Source: Vampirovibrionaceae bacterium NZW_1234
GTDB taxonomy: Bacteria; Cyanobacteriota; Vampirovibrionia; Vampirovibrionales; JAGQHJ01
DNA length: 61,064 nucleotides
Assembly (NCBI GenBank): GCA_041697335.1
Contig: JBGUGD010000017.1
Coordinates: 1 to 61,064 of the forward strand
Reading direction: 5' to 3'
This document shows, piece by piece, positions 10,284 to 20,110 of this stretch. The position numbers were made by a program, and so were the translations under genes. The notes under the pieces were generated by a model. That model was not told where the DNA came from. It saw only the letters and a list, made by a program, of their open reading frames with translations, and did not search any database. Position 1 is the stretch's first letter. Every line of letters starts with the position of its first letter.

Positions 10284-11288
10284 TCAATGGTGTGATAGAA
10301 TCTCAGCATACTGGGCCGCATCGACATTTCCGCCCGAAAGGATAACACCCAGTGTTTTTCCAGTGGCATCCACGTGATTCCCCAAAAGCGCCGCCAATGC
10401 GGCTGCACCACCGGGTTCCACAATCAGTTTTAAATGCTGAAAAGCCTGTTGCATGGCATGGGTCACTTCTGCGTCCGACACAGCGACAGTCTTATCAGCA
10501 AGCTTTTGAAGAATCGGAAAGGTCAGCTTGCCAGGCTCTAAAAGCATGAGAGAGTCACATAAAGTGGACGCTTCAGGGTTAATACGCTGTCGACTGCCTT
10601 TGAGAAGTGATAATGCCATGTCATCATACCCTGCAGGTTCCACGAGGATGACCTCGGTACGGGGAGATAACGCTTTGAGGGCCGTTGCACAGCCTGCCGA
10701 TAATCCTCCTCCGCTACAGGGGATAAGAACAGCGTCCATTACAATATTTTGTTTTTGTGCAAATTCGATGAGTTCCAAGGCAACCGTGCCCTGGCCCGCC
10801 ATAATCTGTGGATGGTCATATGGCGGGATTAATGTCGCATCCCGCTCCCGGCAAAGTGCATCTGCAATCGCTTCTCGGGAGTCTGTGCGGCGGTTATAGA
10901 AAACGACTTCGGCACCAAAGGCCCGGGTACCCTCGATTTTCGTCTTGGGGGCATCTTCCGGCATGACAATCAGCGCCGGAATTTGAAAACATTGGGCCGC
11001 TGCGGCAACGGCTTGGGCGTGATTACCCGAGGAATAAGCAACAACTCCCCGAGTTCGAATATCTTCGGGTAACTGGGAGATTAAGTTGAAGGCACCTCGA
11101 AACTTGAAGGAGCCAGTCCGCTGGAGGATTTCGGTCTTAAACAGCAGGCGCCCGTTGTATTGCTCATTTAGACAGGGCGATTCAAGTACAGGGGTAACAA
11201 CGTGATGACCTTGTAAGCGTTGGGCGGCCTCTTGAATTAATTCAAGAGTGACAGGGGTATCCACGGTGGGCATCTGGGCTGCGGACAT
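10284..11288 (-). CDS. PLP-dependent threonine/serine dehydratase (serine-racemase-like, no regulatory domain)
   Basis: LQRTGSFKFRGA (PLP lysine), SSGNHAQ, GQGT, SGGGL, SGGN. Confidence 0.93.
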   Translation of the reverse strand: MSAAQMPTVDTPVTLELIQEAAQRLQGHHVVTPVLESPCLNEQYNGRLLFKTEILQRTGSFKFRGAFNLISQLPEDIRTRGVVAYSSGNHAQAVAAAAQCFQIPALIVMPEDAPKTKIEGTRAFGAEVVFYNRRTDSREAIADALCRERDATLIPPYDHPQIMAGQGTVALELIEFAQKQNIVMDAVLIPCSGGGLSAGCATALKALSPRTEVILVEPAGYDDMALSLLKGSRQRINPEASTLCDSLMLLEPGKLTFPILQKLADKTVAVSDAEVTHAMQQAFQHLKLIVEPGGAAALAALLGNHVDATGKTLGVILSGGNVDAAQYAEILSHH

Positions 11289-11711
11289 GGGAAAGAGATC
11301 CTTGCAATATTAAAATCTCTTTTTATTGTATCGAAGACTGTATTGTCTGAAAACAACAGGGCCTGCTTACGGACTTCGCCCGGCCCATTCCTGAAAAGAA
11401 TAAACCCGGGGGTCCCTACTATTATTTCGGTAGCCCGGGTTTAAATCAAAAAGTCTTTTTTGCTGTTTGAGTTTGGGATAGCGTCTGGCGAAATTGAATG
11501 GTCTCAACTCCGCCAGACTTAATTTTATAATCGCTATTTTTACATCTGGATTCATCCGACATCTGGGTAGTCTTCTTCTCAGGAATTTAAGATTTGGAGC
11601 GGCTTCAAGGGTAGCTCCAAGGAGATGACACGCTGATGTTAATCATTGTGGGAATCCTCAATGCCTGAAACCCTATGTTAAGCTAAACGTACTGGAGAAG
11701 GAGATAGGGTT

Positions 11712-12770
11712 ATGGCTGACCACATAAACGAACATCGAGTCCGAATGGCCTTAGTCGGGCTGGGCCAATATGCTCAATATAAGGTTCTGCCGACACTGAT
11801 GCGTTCGAGTACAGTTGATGTAACCGCCTTGGTCAGTGGTGATGAGGAGAAACGACGTCACTTGGCGCAGCAATATCAGTCTCACTATCATTATTCCTAT
11901 GACCATTACGAGCAATGCCTGGCCAATCCGGAGGTTGATGCGGTCTATCTTTTATTGCCGCCTCACTGGCATGAATCGTTTACCATTCGAGCTGTTCGGA
12001 TGGGAAAACACGTCTTATGCGAAAAATCGATGGCGATGACCGTTGCTGCTGCTCAGCGAATGTTGGATGCGGCGCAGGAAAATCATGTCGTGTTGATGAT
12101 GGCTTATCGTATGCCGTTTGATAGTTCTTTACAGCGAGTCTATGAGGCTCTCAGAGCAAATGAGCTCGGGACAATCAAGCAGGTGAATTCTTCCATATCC
12201 TTTAATGTGCCTGACGGGTGGCGACTTCAACGGGCATTATCCGGTGGCGGGGCGTTGATGGATTTGGGGATTTATCCGATTCATACTTTATGCTGGCTAT
12301 TACAACAGGATCCTGTGACGGTGCAAGGCCATGCCTGGTCTACCGACCCCCGACGTTTTCAGGAAGTTGAGGAAAGCGTTGCATTTCGCCTTGAATTTAG
12401 CCAGGGGCTGCAAGCGCAATGTGCAGCCAGCTATGGTGTGACGGATCACAGTGCCTTGTTCATTGGCGGGGACAAAGGCTGGATTTCGATGAGCTCGGTG
12501 TATGATTTTGATAAAAACATTGTTCAGCAGACATTAACGGAAGGAAACAGTGGGATTCAAACCGAAATGATTACTCGGGGCGAAGACGTCGGTTCCATGT
12601 TGGATGCCTTTGCTCAAAGTATCCAGACAGGGCGTGTGCTGCCGGATTGTTCTGGAGAACGTGGCTTAAGGGATCAACACATTCTTGCTGCTTTGTACCA
12701 GTCCATGGCCTTGCGTCAGCCCATTGATCTGGTTGAGATGCTGCCAGAGTCCGTACTGCCTCTTACGTAG
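11712..12770 (+). CDS. Gfo/Idh/MocA-family oxidoreductase
   Basis: VGLG Rossmann start, GKHVLCEK, GGGALMDLGIY. Confidence 0.92.
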   Translation: MADHINEHRVRMALVGLGQYAQYKVLPTLMRSSTVDVTALVSGDEEKRRHLAQQYQSHYHYSYDHYEQCLANPEVDAVYLLLPPHWHESFTIRAVRMGKHVLCEKSMAMTVAAAQRMLDAAQENHVVLMMAYRMPFDSSLQRVYEALRANELGTIKQVNSSISFNVPDGWRLQRALSGGGALMDLGIYPIHTLCWLLQQDPVTVQGHAWSTDPRRFQEVEESVAFRLEFSQGLQAQCAASYGVTDHSALFIGGDKGWISMSSVYDFDKNIVQQTLTEGNSGIQTEMITRGEDVGSMLDAFAQSIQTGRVLPDCSGERGLRDQHILAALYQSMALRQPIDLVEMLPESVLPLT

Positions 12771-13614
12771 CTGTATCAGGCAAAGAGAGCATTTCGGGAT
12801 CGATGATCCATCCCTCTAGGGCATCACAATGGCTGGGAATTCCAAACGCAGGTGACGTTTGTTGATAAGCCCATGCGGCTTGAATTGCACACAGCAGCGC
12901 ATCAATTTTATCCCCACTGGGATCACCGCTAAAGCTGTCTGAACAAACAGAGTCGTCCAGCTGAAGTGTGAGCTGATAAGGAGCAAGTGCGTCTGTTGAA
13001 AGCAGAGTGTTCATGAATTGTTTACGACGGTCTTGCTGGGTTTGGGTTTGTTTCTGCCGAGTATCGGATTTATAGTTCGGCTTTTTACCCAGGATTCTCC
13101 GAGCCAATAATGCAGGGTAACCTTCCATGGCAATACGGGAATCGGCTGTGGCGCAAACTGGAAGAATACTGATACCCGACCTGTATAGGCGAGGGGCGCC
13201 TGTAAAAAACATTCGCCCCACAGGAACCCCGAACAACATCAGGGGGCTACACGCATGGGCAAGGGCATCCGTTACTCGCAGAGGATGTTTTTTACCAACG
13301 GGTTGAGCATCGCGATAGCGTGATATCGTCAACTCAAACTCTTGAGGAGAACATGCAGCCACTCTTTCAATAAAGTCACTCCAGTGAGTCGGCCAGTTGA
13401 TCGTTTCAATAAAGTGACGGGGAAGGCTGAAAGGAAAGTCAAATGCGGCAACCCAAGGTCCTGCCGTGTCGAGAAATGCTTCGAAATCATTGAAGGATGT
13501 AAGGGGATGGCATTGTGTTGTGGTTAAAACATGGTCCTGAAGGCGTGCTTCGATGCATATAATCGGTTTTGCCTTTCGGGGGGCACTGGTGAAATCGATT
13601 CCGAAAATGCGCAT
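12763..13614 (-). CDS. DUF429-type protein (predicted RNase H-fold nuclease)
   Basis: N-terminal GIDFTSAP, DFPF, EGYP, DKIDALLCA. Confidence 0.8.
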   Translation of the reverse strand: MRIFGIDFTSAPRKAKPIICIEARLQDHVLTTTQCHPLTSFNDFEAFLDTAGPWVAAFDFPFSLPRHFIETINWPTHWSDFIERVAACSPQEFELTISRYRDAQPVGKKHPLRVTDALAHACSPLMLFGVPVGRMFFTGAPRLYRSGISILPVCATADSRIAMEGYPALLARRILGKKPNYKSDTRQKQTQTQQDRRKQFMNTLLSTDALAPYQLTLQLDDSVCSDSFSGDPSGDKIDALLCAIQAAWAYQQTSPAFGIPSHCDALEGWIIDPEMLSLPDTAT

Positions 13615-13682
13615 TCTCGTTTCTTTGTTGCCTCGTTTTGTCTAAATTGACATTACGATAGCGTAAAAAACGTTTGCCTGCG

Positions 13683-14216
13683 ATGCGAATTGCTCCTACC
13701 CGCTCTTGTGTGATTTTGCCCTCAAACCTAAACCGGCAGTTACAGACCGGTTGCCTTGCCAGCCCTTCGTTCGGCAGTAGTGCTGAAACGGGGAAGGTAC
13801 TGTTGCGCAATGGGGCTAAAGCCAATCTGATGATTGTGCAGAAAACACATCGGGCTTTGCATCAATTGCTGACCAGTGGTAGAGAGACGGATTTGGTGGC
13901 GTTGGCGGATCTGATGGAGTGGGCTCGCGGAGCAGTCGAATTACCGGGGCACGAATCCATTCCGATATTGCCGTCAGAGCTTATCGATCCGAGGAGCTTT
14001 CCCCTCCTCGAAAAAAAAGAATTGATTCCAGCGGATCACTTGGTTTCAATGGACGTCTTGAATACGGTCTTATCCGCAACAGCCGGTTGCTACCCTAATG
14101 TTGCCGTCTTAAGTCCCTACCCTTCAAAGTCTTCCTCGGGAAAGGACCCTGCAAGCTCAGAACATCCGGTTGCTCGCGTTTTGAAGGCACTATTACAACG
14201 GCGGTGGCCATTTTAA
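13683..14216 (+). CDS. hypothetical protein with leader ending PSFG
   Basis: Open frame; N-terminal leader like other lineage-specific ORFs in this window. Confidence 0.6.
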   Translation: MRIAPTRSCVILPSNLNRQLQTGCLASPSFGSSAETGKVLLRNGAKANLMIVQKTHRALHQLLTSGRETDLVALADLMEWARGAVELPGHESIPILPSELIDPRSFPLLEKKELIPADHLVSMDVLNTVLSATAGCYPNVAVLSPYPSKSSSGKDPASSEHPVARVLKALLQRRWPF

Positions 14217-14223
14217 TAGGGGT

Positions 14224-14733
14224 TTAACGAACGCGGATGATCTTGTCTTTTCGTTGGCCTCGTACCAAGGCTTTCAAAAATTTTTCCGCTTCTGCCGCAT
14301 AGTCTGCTGCAGGGATTGCTGAGGACTGAATCTGATACAGGCCCGCCCGAATATGGGGGGTAACATGACCATTGCGAGGGTTTAGCTCCAAGCGCAAGGT
14401 TTTGATTGCAAAGGGGCCATGGGTTTCGACACTGAGTGGTTCATTAAATAACTGTGTTTCTGCTTGACGCAGTACGGGGTGGTTGAAATCTTCAATATGA
14501 ATAACCAGGTTGCCTTCATCCGTTATTCCGACGGATCCCATCTGGCGCCCAGCGCCATTTCGAATATAGGTTAAAGCAACCTCGGGCTTAAAGCGAGCAA
14601 TGACACTGCGAATAATGTCCGGATCAACTTGGGTATTATCAATTCCAAAGCGGGGCTGAGCTGCGGAAGAGTTCCGTTTTAAGGGCTTGGTGCCAGGGGT
14701 GTAGTTTGTAAAATACGGTTTGATTAAAGTCAT
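14224..14733 (-). CDS. hypothetical protein with leader ending PRFG
   Basis: AGGAAG RBS; 169-aa ORF. Confidence 0.7.
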   Translation of the reverse strand: MTLIKPYFTNYTPGTKPLKRNSSAAQPRFGIDNTQVDPDIIRSVIARFKPEVALTYIRNGAGRQMGSVGITDEGNLVIHIEDFNHPVLRQAETQLFNEPLSVETHGPFAIKTLRLELNPRNGHVTPHIRAGLYQIQSSAIPAADYAAEAEKFLKALVRGQRKDKIIRVR

Positions 14734-15044
14734 CGCACTTCCTAACTAACTATCTTGCTTGTTGCACGTTTTATATGGGTGCTGCTGTAGTAGGAATAAA
14801 ACCCCTGAAGCAAAAAGTTGACATGAACGTGTAAAAAAATCTGATTTGGAAGGTTTTTATTGATGTTTCTTTACATAGTAGCATCAAAACCCTTTGTTCT
14901 AACTTAATATCGGTATTCTTGGAAGTGTGGGTTGTGAGTTAAACGTTATGAACAAGATAAACCGGCTTTTGACGACCAGTTTTATTTGTTGGAAGGTACA
15001 GGTCTCCTGTAATTCCTCGTAATCCGATCTCTCGTAAAGTGGTG

Positions 15045-15496
15045 TTCGGAATTGTATTTGAACGCTCAGACAAACAGGACACCGTTAGGTGGATCTTACG
15101 ATCGATGGTCTGAGACGTGTTCGCTTTCAATTCCGGAATTGTGAGTTAGGAGAATGAATGAAAGGTGGTGTTTTTATCGATTAGTGTTAAGTGACTTGTG
15201 GATAGAATTTAGGTTGGGTGATGGGCCGCGCGTATGGCCATACGGTGTAGAAGGCCTCCGGTTAGGGGAGGTGCGTATGATGCTGTTTGCTCGGCCCGGA
15301 ACCACGTTAGATCTTGAGAGAAGATGCGAAACAATAGTATCCCTTCAGTTAACTTTCTGTGTCTGGATCGGTATAAAGATGCCGGTCCTTTTATTTTAGG
15401 TTTGTCTATACTTCAGTGCGTAAAGAATAGTCTTGTATAGAACGGTCTTCAGACAGTCATGTGTCTCGGGGCTTCTCCATTGGAGCCTGTTTTTTT
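15045..15496 (+). ncRNA. candidate structured RNA region (family not recognised)
   Basis: Series of nested stems and hairpins with G-U pairs favouring the + strand, ending in hairpin plus T-run elements. Confidence 0.3.
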
Positions 15497-15595
15497 CTCG
15501 CTTCTAAACGTCTTTTATAAACATCAATACTCCAGTATTTTCAACTTATAACCTTCTCTCACGCGTGTTTCTCGTGCAATAATTTTTTGTATTGA

Positions 15596-15925
15596 TTGAT
15601 AGAGGAAGCTGCTTTGAGAATTCTCTTTGCTTCGACTCGGTTTTCGGCTGATTTGGCTCCCCGTTGGTGCCCTTTAAAAAAAGAAGATATGCCTGCTTTT
15701 TTAGCCAGTGCTGGATTAAAAGGGGTGGATATGCCATCGGATGTATTGGAGCGACTTGCGAAGACTCCCGTTGGTGAACCCCGAACGCCCATTCCCCTGG
15801 TCTCCCCTTCTGAGGATAAATCTCAGTCTGAACCTGCTTCTGGGCCGAATAAACCTTTAGGACGAGAGCTTGCTGTTCGGATTTTTGGAACCCCTTTTCT
15901 CAAGTGCGATCGATCTTCGCAGTAA
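15596..15925 (+). CDS. possible hypothetical protein
   Basis: 109-codon frame, Pro/Ser-rich; start uncertain. Confidence 0.3.
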   Translation: MIEEAALRILFASTRFSADLAPRWCPLKKEDMPAFLASAGLKGVDMPSDVLERLAKTPVGEPRTPIPLVSPSEDKSQSEPASGPNKPLGRELAVRIFGTPFLKCDRSSQ

Positions 15926-16391
15926 TAGTGTTATCCGCGCTATGTTCGGGTGCCTTATCCTAAAAGATGGCTAAAATATATTTTCTTTTTGTCTCTCGGA
16001 TTTCTGAATCTAAATTCAATCTTAGTTTCTGAGCCGAGCTATCAAAACACAGCATTCGTGTGTGTTTATACTTGTGTAGATTGATTTGAAGATGAACACC
16101 GTGCGAACCAACAACTTGCTGCATTGGTGGTAGGCTTAGAGGCTTTAATGTCGGGATCTCGGGCTGTTATACATGCGTGCTTGATTGCTGGGTGACACGT
16201 TTTTCAATGCTTCTTGATGGGGCGTGTTGTCCATCATGCGATCTACACTTCAGGTGTTAGATAGAGGTATGTGTCATGAAGGCGACATAATTTTTCGGCT
16301 GCCCTGATTACCGTAGGCAAGGTCACATCGGAGTGAGTTCTGAATTGGTTTATGGAGTAAGTATCAGTTAAGACGCTAGGAGGCTTGACCT

Positions 16392-16658
16392 GTGAACGGT
16401 ATATTCAGCATGTTTCTTCAATTGCTTCAATCTCGAGGTGTCGGTTCCCAGCAGCAAGGGCAACGTGGATGTGGTAGTTGCTCTGAACCTGAGGAGATGT
16501 CCTGTATGAAATCCATGACGGGCTGTGGCAGTTGTTGCGATTCAGCCAATTTTTCTGAACCGATGTCCTGTTGCGGAGGTTCGTTTGATCAGGCCATGTC
16601 AGAGTTTGCAGACTGTGGCAGTGGCTGTGGCTCTCCGGTAATGGCGTGTTGTGGATAG
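16392..16658 (+). CDS. small Cys-rich protein (metallothionein-like, 12 Cys)
   Basis: AGGAGG RBS before GTG; repeated GCGSC/MSCC units; own downstream terminator. Confidence 0.7.
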   Translation: MNGIFSMFLQLLQSRGVGSQQQGQRGCGSCSEPEEMSCMKSMTGCGSCCDSANFSEPMSCCGGSFDQAMSEFADCGSGCGSPVMACCG

Positions 16659-16720
16659 AACCAAGAATTTTAGTTTTTTAGTGATGTTGGACATAGCTCA
16701 TATCATATAGTCAGTCCTAT

Positions 16721-16762
16721 AGGGCAAATGGTGATTATGGAAGTCGCCTTTGCCCCTTTTTT
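16721..16762 (+). terminator. intrinsic terminator
   Basis: AGGGCAAA-TGGTGATT / AGTCGCC-TTTGCCCT stem followed by a T-run. Confidence 0.75.
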
Positions 16763-16871
16763 TACGTGTGCATGTTAAGAAACTGTAATGGAATATTCCA
16801 AAATTCTTAACAATTGTTTTTATATATACAAAGTTTATTTGCATTGGTTATGTAAGAGAGAGAAGAAAGAC

Positions 16872-17852
16872 ATGATTGCATTTCCTAGACCTACGAATAA
16901 TCGCAGTGCCATTCTCGATCGCATCTTTCGAGGGGCAGATTCGTTGACAAATGTAGCTGGCCCCTTCTCCAAATCCAATGATGGTGCTTTATCTTTGGAC
17001 GAACTGGTGAGCTACCGCAAAAAAATTAATGAGCAGATGAATAGTCCCGTTGCCGATTATTCACGAACCCAATATCGTCTTTGGGGTGAAGAAATGCGTG
17101 AAATCGATAACCTGGTTAAAAATTTCTTCCCCACAGCTGGCCAAGACCCAATGACTGCCGTTTACTACCGTCCTGGCCAGGAACCTCCCGGTTATCTGCA
17201 AAGTTTGGCGGAGCGCCGCAATACCATGCTTCGTTATGAAGCGGATAATGTATGGCCGACGATGACTCGCCTTGAAGACTCGAGAATTGATGCTATCTTT
17301 ACAGAGGCCGATACGGAAGGAGAGCTTGTTGAAAGACGTCGTGATCATATGATGGTTGAATACTCCATCAGAAATGACGGCAAACTTTCTGATTCCGAGC
17401 TTCGTTCTTATCGAGATCGCTTGCTGGAAAGTATTCAAAATCCAGAACAATTAGCCCTGATGAGCGAGGAGCAGCGTAAGGATCAGCTTGAAAAAATCAA
17501 AGCCGTTGAGACCTTGATGGAAAGAAGAGCCCAGGCCGATTCCAATGGGGATAACTTGTTGGATAAAACCGAAGTGCGACGCTTTTCCTTTAAAAATGGG
17601 TGGGGTGCAACAGACCCGGGTATAACACCCGCTCCGGCACCCACTCCTGCACCAGTACCAACCCCGGCACCTGTTCCGGTTCCTGCACCCACACCAGTGC
17701 CCGTGCCTGCACCCACACCAGCACCGGTTCCTGCTCCGACGCCAACGCCGGCTCCAACACCGTCACCAAGCCCTTCACCCATTGACCTTCAGGAATTACT
17801 TCAAATACTTGTAAAATTGCTGAGCCTGTTGCAGGGGCTTATGGGCCGATAA
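16872..17852 (+). CDS. EF-hand-containing protein with Pro-rich linker and C-terminal amphipathic helix
   Basis: [12 protein letters not shown] canonical EF loop, plus [10 protein letters not shown] and [10 protein letters not shown]; (PA/PT/PV)n tract. Confidence 0.8.
   Translation: MIAFPRPTNNRSAILDRIFRGADSLTNVAGPFSKSNDGALSLDELVSYRKKINEQMNSPVADYSRTQYRLWGEEMREIDNLVKNFFPTAGQDPMTAVYYRPGQEPPGYLQSLAERRNTMLRYEADNVWPTMTRLEDSRIDAIFTEADTEGELVERRRDHMMVEYSIRNDGKLSDSELRSYRDRLLESIQNPEQLALMSEEQRKDQLEKIKAVETLMERRAQADSNGDNLLDKTEVRRFSFKNGWGATDPGITPAPAPTPAPVPTPAPVPVPAPTPVPVPAPTPAPVPAPTPTPAPTPSPSPSPIDLQELLQILVKLLSLLQGLMGR
17625..17780 (+). repeat. coding Pro-X dipeptide repeat (PAPTPAPV)n
   Basis: About 26 X-Pro dipeptides with synonymous variation. 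Confidence 0.9.
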
Positions 17853-17861
17853 GATAACCTT

Positions 17862-18980
17862 TTAAGAAACAGCCTTTCTATCTTTCATGGCTAGAGAGGC
17901 TGTTTTTGTTGGTGTTTTCGTTTCAAAGGGCTTAAGCACGTTTTGTCGAACAAACAGAAGCGCCCCATGGCAGAATTTCTGTAGCAGCGGTAGATCACAT
18001 CCGCCTCCTCCTTGGGTCGAAGCCCCGATTTCCGCAAAGGCCTCGGCATAGGCATGGTTTTCTTCGGGGCCTTGAAGCTGGTCAACCCGAAGAGGCACGA
18101 TAGAGCCAATGGGGTTGCCAATGGTCATGACTTCATCAGGATCCGGTAAGAGCTTATTGAGGGCTGCTTGTTGCAGATCTCCCTTAAACAGTGAACGAAA
18201 CAGCAGTGATTTTGAGAAAGCCGCTTTATTGGGCATCAGCGTTGGGCCGAGGACATCATCAATGTAATGCCAGGTTTCGTGTCGAATGATTTTTTCCAGA
18301 TTCTGAACGCTGAGATCAAAGCCATTGGATTGCCATTCGCGAAAGATGGATTCCGGTAAAACGACCTGCTGAAAAGAGTCTGAGAAAAGTGGCGCATCCA
18401 TTTGCTCCATAATCCCGGCCGCTTCGACTTTATAGAGTAGCGCTTTCATTTCATTGCGTTGAAGACTCGTCGGGTCTACTTGGGCTTTTTGGATTATGGC
18501 TTGGATACCTGGGTCTCCTGGAAAGCACCGGATAATAGGGGCAATAAAGACCTGTTGAAAACTCTCAGGCTCATGCTTTGCCAGATGATAGGCTTCTGCG
18601 ATATCTTGCTCCATTATTTTCCGATTGTAATACTGGGGAATGTGCGGGAAAAAATCCTCAGGCTGGTTGACCAGCAGGATTTTAAAGCCGCTATCCAGTA
18701 ACGCGTGTTTGAGGCCGGTTGGCTTAATTGATTTAAGAACTTTTGACGTGGCTTCCCTGACGAGGGAGCGAAATTCAGTGCTGATACCTTCCCCACTACC
18801 GGTCACTTCTTCCAATGGCAGTGTTTTTGCGGCTTTGCTGTCACTGGAAAATCGGACGGTGTCAGTGGGCAATGAGGCGCTGATATCTTGAAAGCAACCT
18901 ACGCGTTGCGATACCGGCAGCCTATGCAATCGATCTTGATGCCATGGTGAGTGTCTATGAAGGAGGTTCAGTGCATGCAT
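17862..18980 (-). CDS. zinc metalloprotease, ATLF/Pro-Pro-endopeptidase-like, with leader ending DTVRFS
   Basis: HETWH zincin motif, downstream S..F...F..D and EAFAE third-ligand motif. Confidence 0.7.
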   Translation of the reverse strand: MHALNLLHRHSPWHQDRLHRLPVSQRVGCFQDISASLPTDTVRFSSDSKAAKTLPLEEVTGSGEGISTEFRSLVREATSKVLKSIKPTGLKHALLDSGFKILLVNQPEDFFPHIPQYYNRKIMEQDIAEAYHLAKHEPESFQQVFIAPIIRCFPGDPGIQAIIQKAQVDPTSLQRNEMKALLYKVEAAGIMEQMDAPLFSDSFQQVVLPESIFREWQSNGFDLSVQNLEKIIRHETWHYIDDVLGPTLMPNKAAFSKSLLFRSLFKGDLQQAALNKLLPDPDEVMTIGNPIGSIVPLRVDQLQGPEENHAYAEAFAEIGASTQGGGGCDLPLLQKFCHGALLFVRQNVLKPFETKTPTKTASLAMKDRKAVS

Positions 18981-19081
18981 GGTTTCAGAGTGATCTTTCC
19001 CAATATCGCCAATACCTACAAGAAACCCTCTCAACCTTTGTTATTGCTAATAAACCCGTCATGGATAACGGATCTGTGAAC

Positions 19082-19117
19082 AAAAGCCTCCAACTTGAGA
19101 TAAGATGGAGGCTTTTT
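19082..19117 (-). terminator. intrinsic terminator ending the ribosomal protein block
   Basis: AAAAGCCTCCA / TGGAGGCTTTTT inverted repeat about 25 bp after the rplR stop. Confidence 0.8.
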
Positions 19118-19142
19118 GAAATCTTAACCAGAGCGGTAAGAA

Positions 19143-19511
19143 CTAGAAGTCGAGACCGGCTTCACGTGCAGCGTCAGCCAATGCCGCAATCCGGCCATGG
19201 TAAAGGTTTCCACCACGATCGAACACAACTTTGCTAATGCCTTTTTCTTGAGCCCGCTTGGACACCAACGTACCTACCGCTTTGGCAGCGTCGATATTGC
19301 CGCCATGGGAGAATTCTTTGCGCAGATCGGTATCCAGGGAGCTTGCGGAAGCCAAGGTTTCAGACGTCAAATCATTGATGATTTGAGCGTAAATATGTTT
19401 CACGCTACGGTAAACAACCAAGCGCGGACGCTCAGTGCTGCCCGACAAAGTCCGTCTTAACCGGTAGTGACGCTTACGGGCATTTTCTTTACGATTCGGT
19501 GTTTTAATCAT
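19143..19511 (-). CDS. rplR: 50S ribosomal protein L18
   Basis: [21 protein letters not shown]. Confidence 0.98.
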   Translation of the reverse strand: MIKTPNRKENARKRHYRLRRTLSGSTERPRLVVYRSVKHIYAQIINDLTSETLASASSLDTDLRKEFSHGGNIDAAKAVGTLVSKRAQEKGISKVVFDRGGNLYHGRIAALADAAREAGLDF

Positions 19512-19540
19512 GGGTTTAAAAGCCTCTTGCGTGTTAGTTC

Positions 19541-20080
19541 TTATTTCTTACCAGATTTACCGGCTTTGCGGCGGACACGTTCGCCAGCATAACGGACACC
19601 CTTACCTTTGTAAGGTTCAGGCTGTCTGAAGCTGCGAATCTTTGCGGAGACATCGCCAACGGCTTGCTTATCATAGCCTTTAACTTCAATTTTTGTGTTG
19701 GCTTCAACAGTAATTTCAACGCCGGCTGGCGGGTCAATCTCAATGGGGTGGCTAAAGCCAAGCTGCATAATCAGCTTTTTCCCTTGAACCTGTGCCCGGT
19801 AACCTACCCCGACCATTTCCAAACGCTTGGAGAAACCTTGGCTGACACCAACCACCATGTTGTTCAACAGGGTTCGGGTGAGGCCATGAAGGGACCGGGA
19901 GGTCCGATCTTCAGATTTACGCTTGACGTGCAAGACGTTACCGTCTTTCACAATTTCCACTTCAGGACGAAAGGTCCGTGTCATGGTGCCTAAAGGACCT
20001 TTTACAGTAACGGTGTTACCTTCAATGGTCACTTCGACTTTACTGGGAACTTCGATGGGGGCTTTTCCAATCCGAGACAT
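19541..20080 (-). CDS. rplF: 50S ribosomal protein L6
   Basis: [14 protein letters not shown]. Confidence 0.98.
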   Translation of the reverse strand: MSRIGKAPIEVPSKVEVTIEGNTVTVKGPLGTMTRTFRPEVEIVKDGNVLHVKRKSEDRTSRSLHGLTRTLLNNMVVGVSQGFSKRLEMVGVGYRAQVQGKKLIMQLGFSHPIEIDPPAGVEITVEANTKIEVKGYDKQAVGDVSAKIRSFRQPEPYKGKGVRYAGERVRRKAGKSGKK

Positions 20081-20110
20081 TGTTCTACACCTGCTATGCT
20101 GTCTTAAATC

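Noticed and set aside
17483..17782. (GVGAGT)n silk-like ORF on the minus strand
   Set aside because: Reverse-complement reading of the Pro-X repeat in the + strand gene
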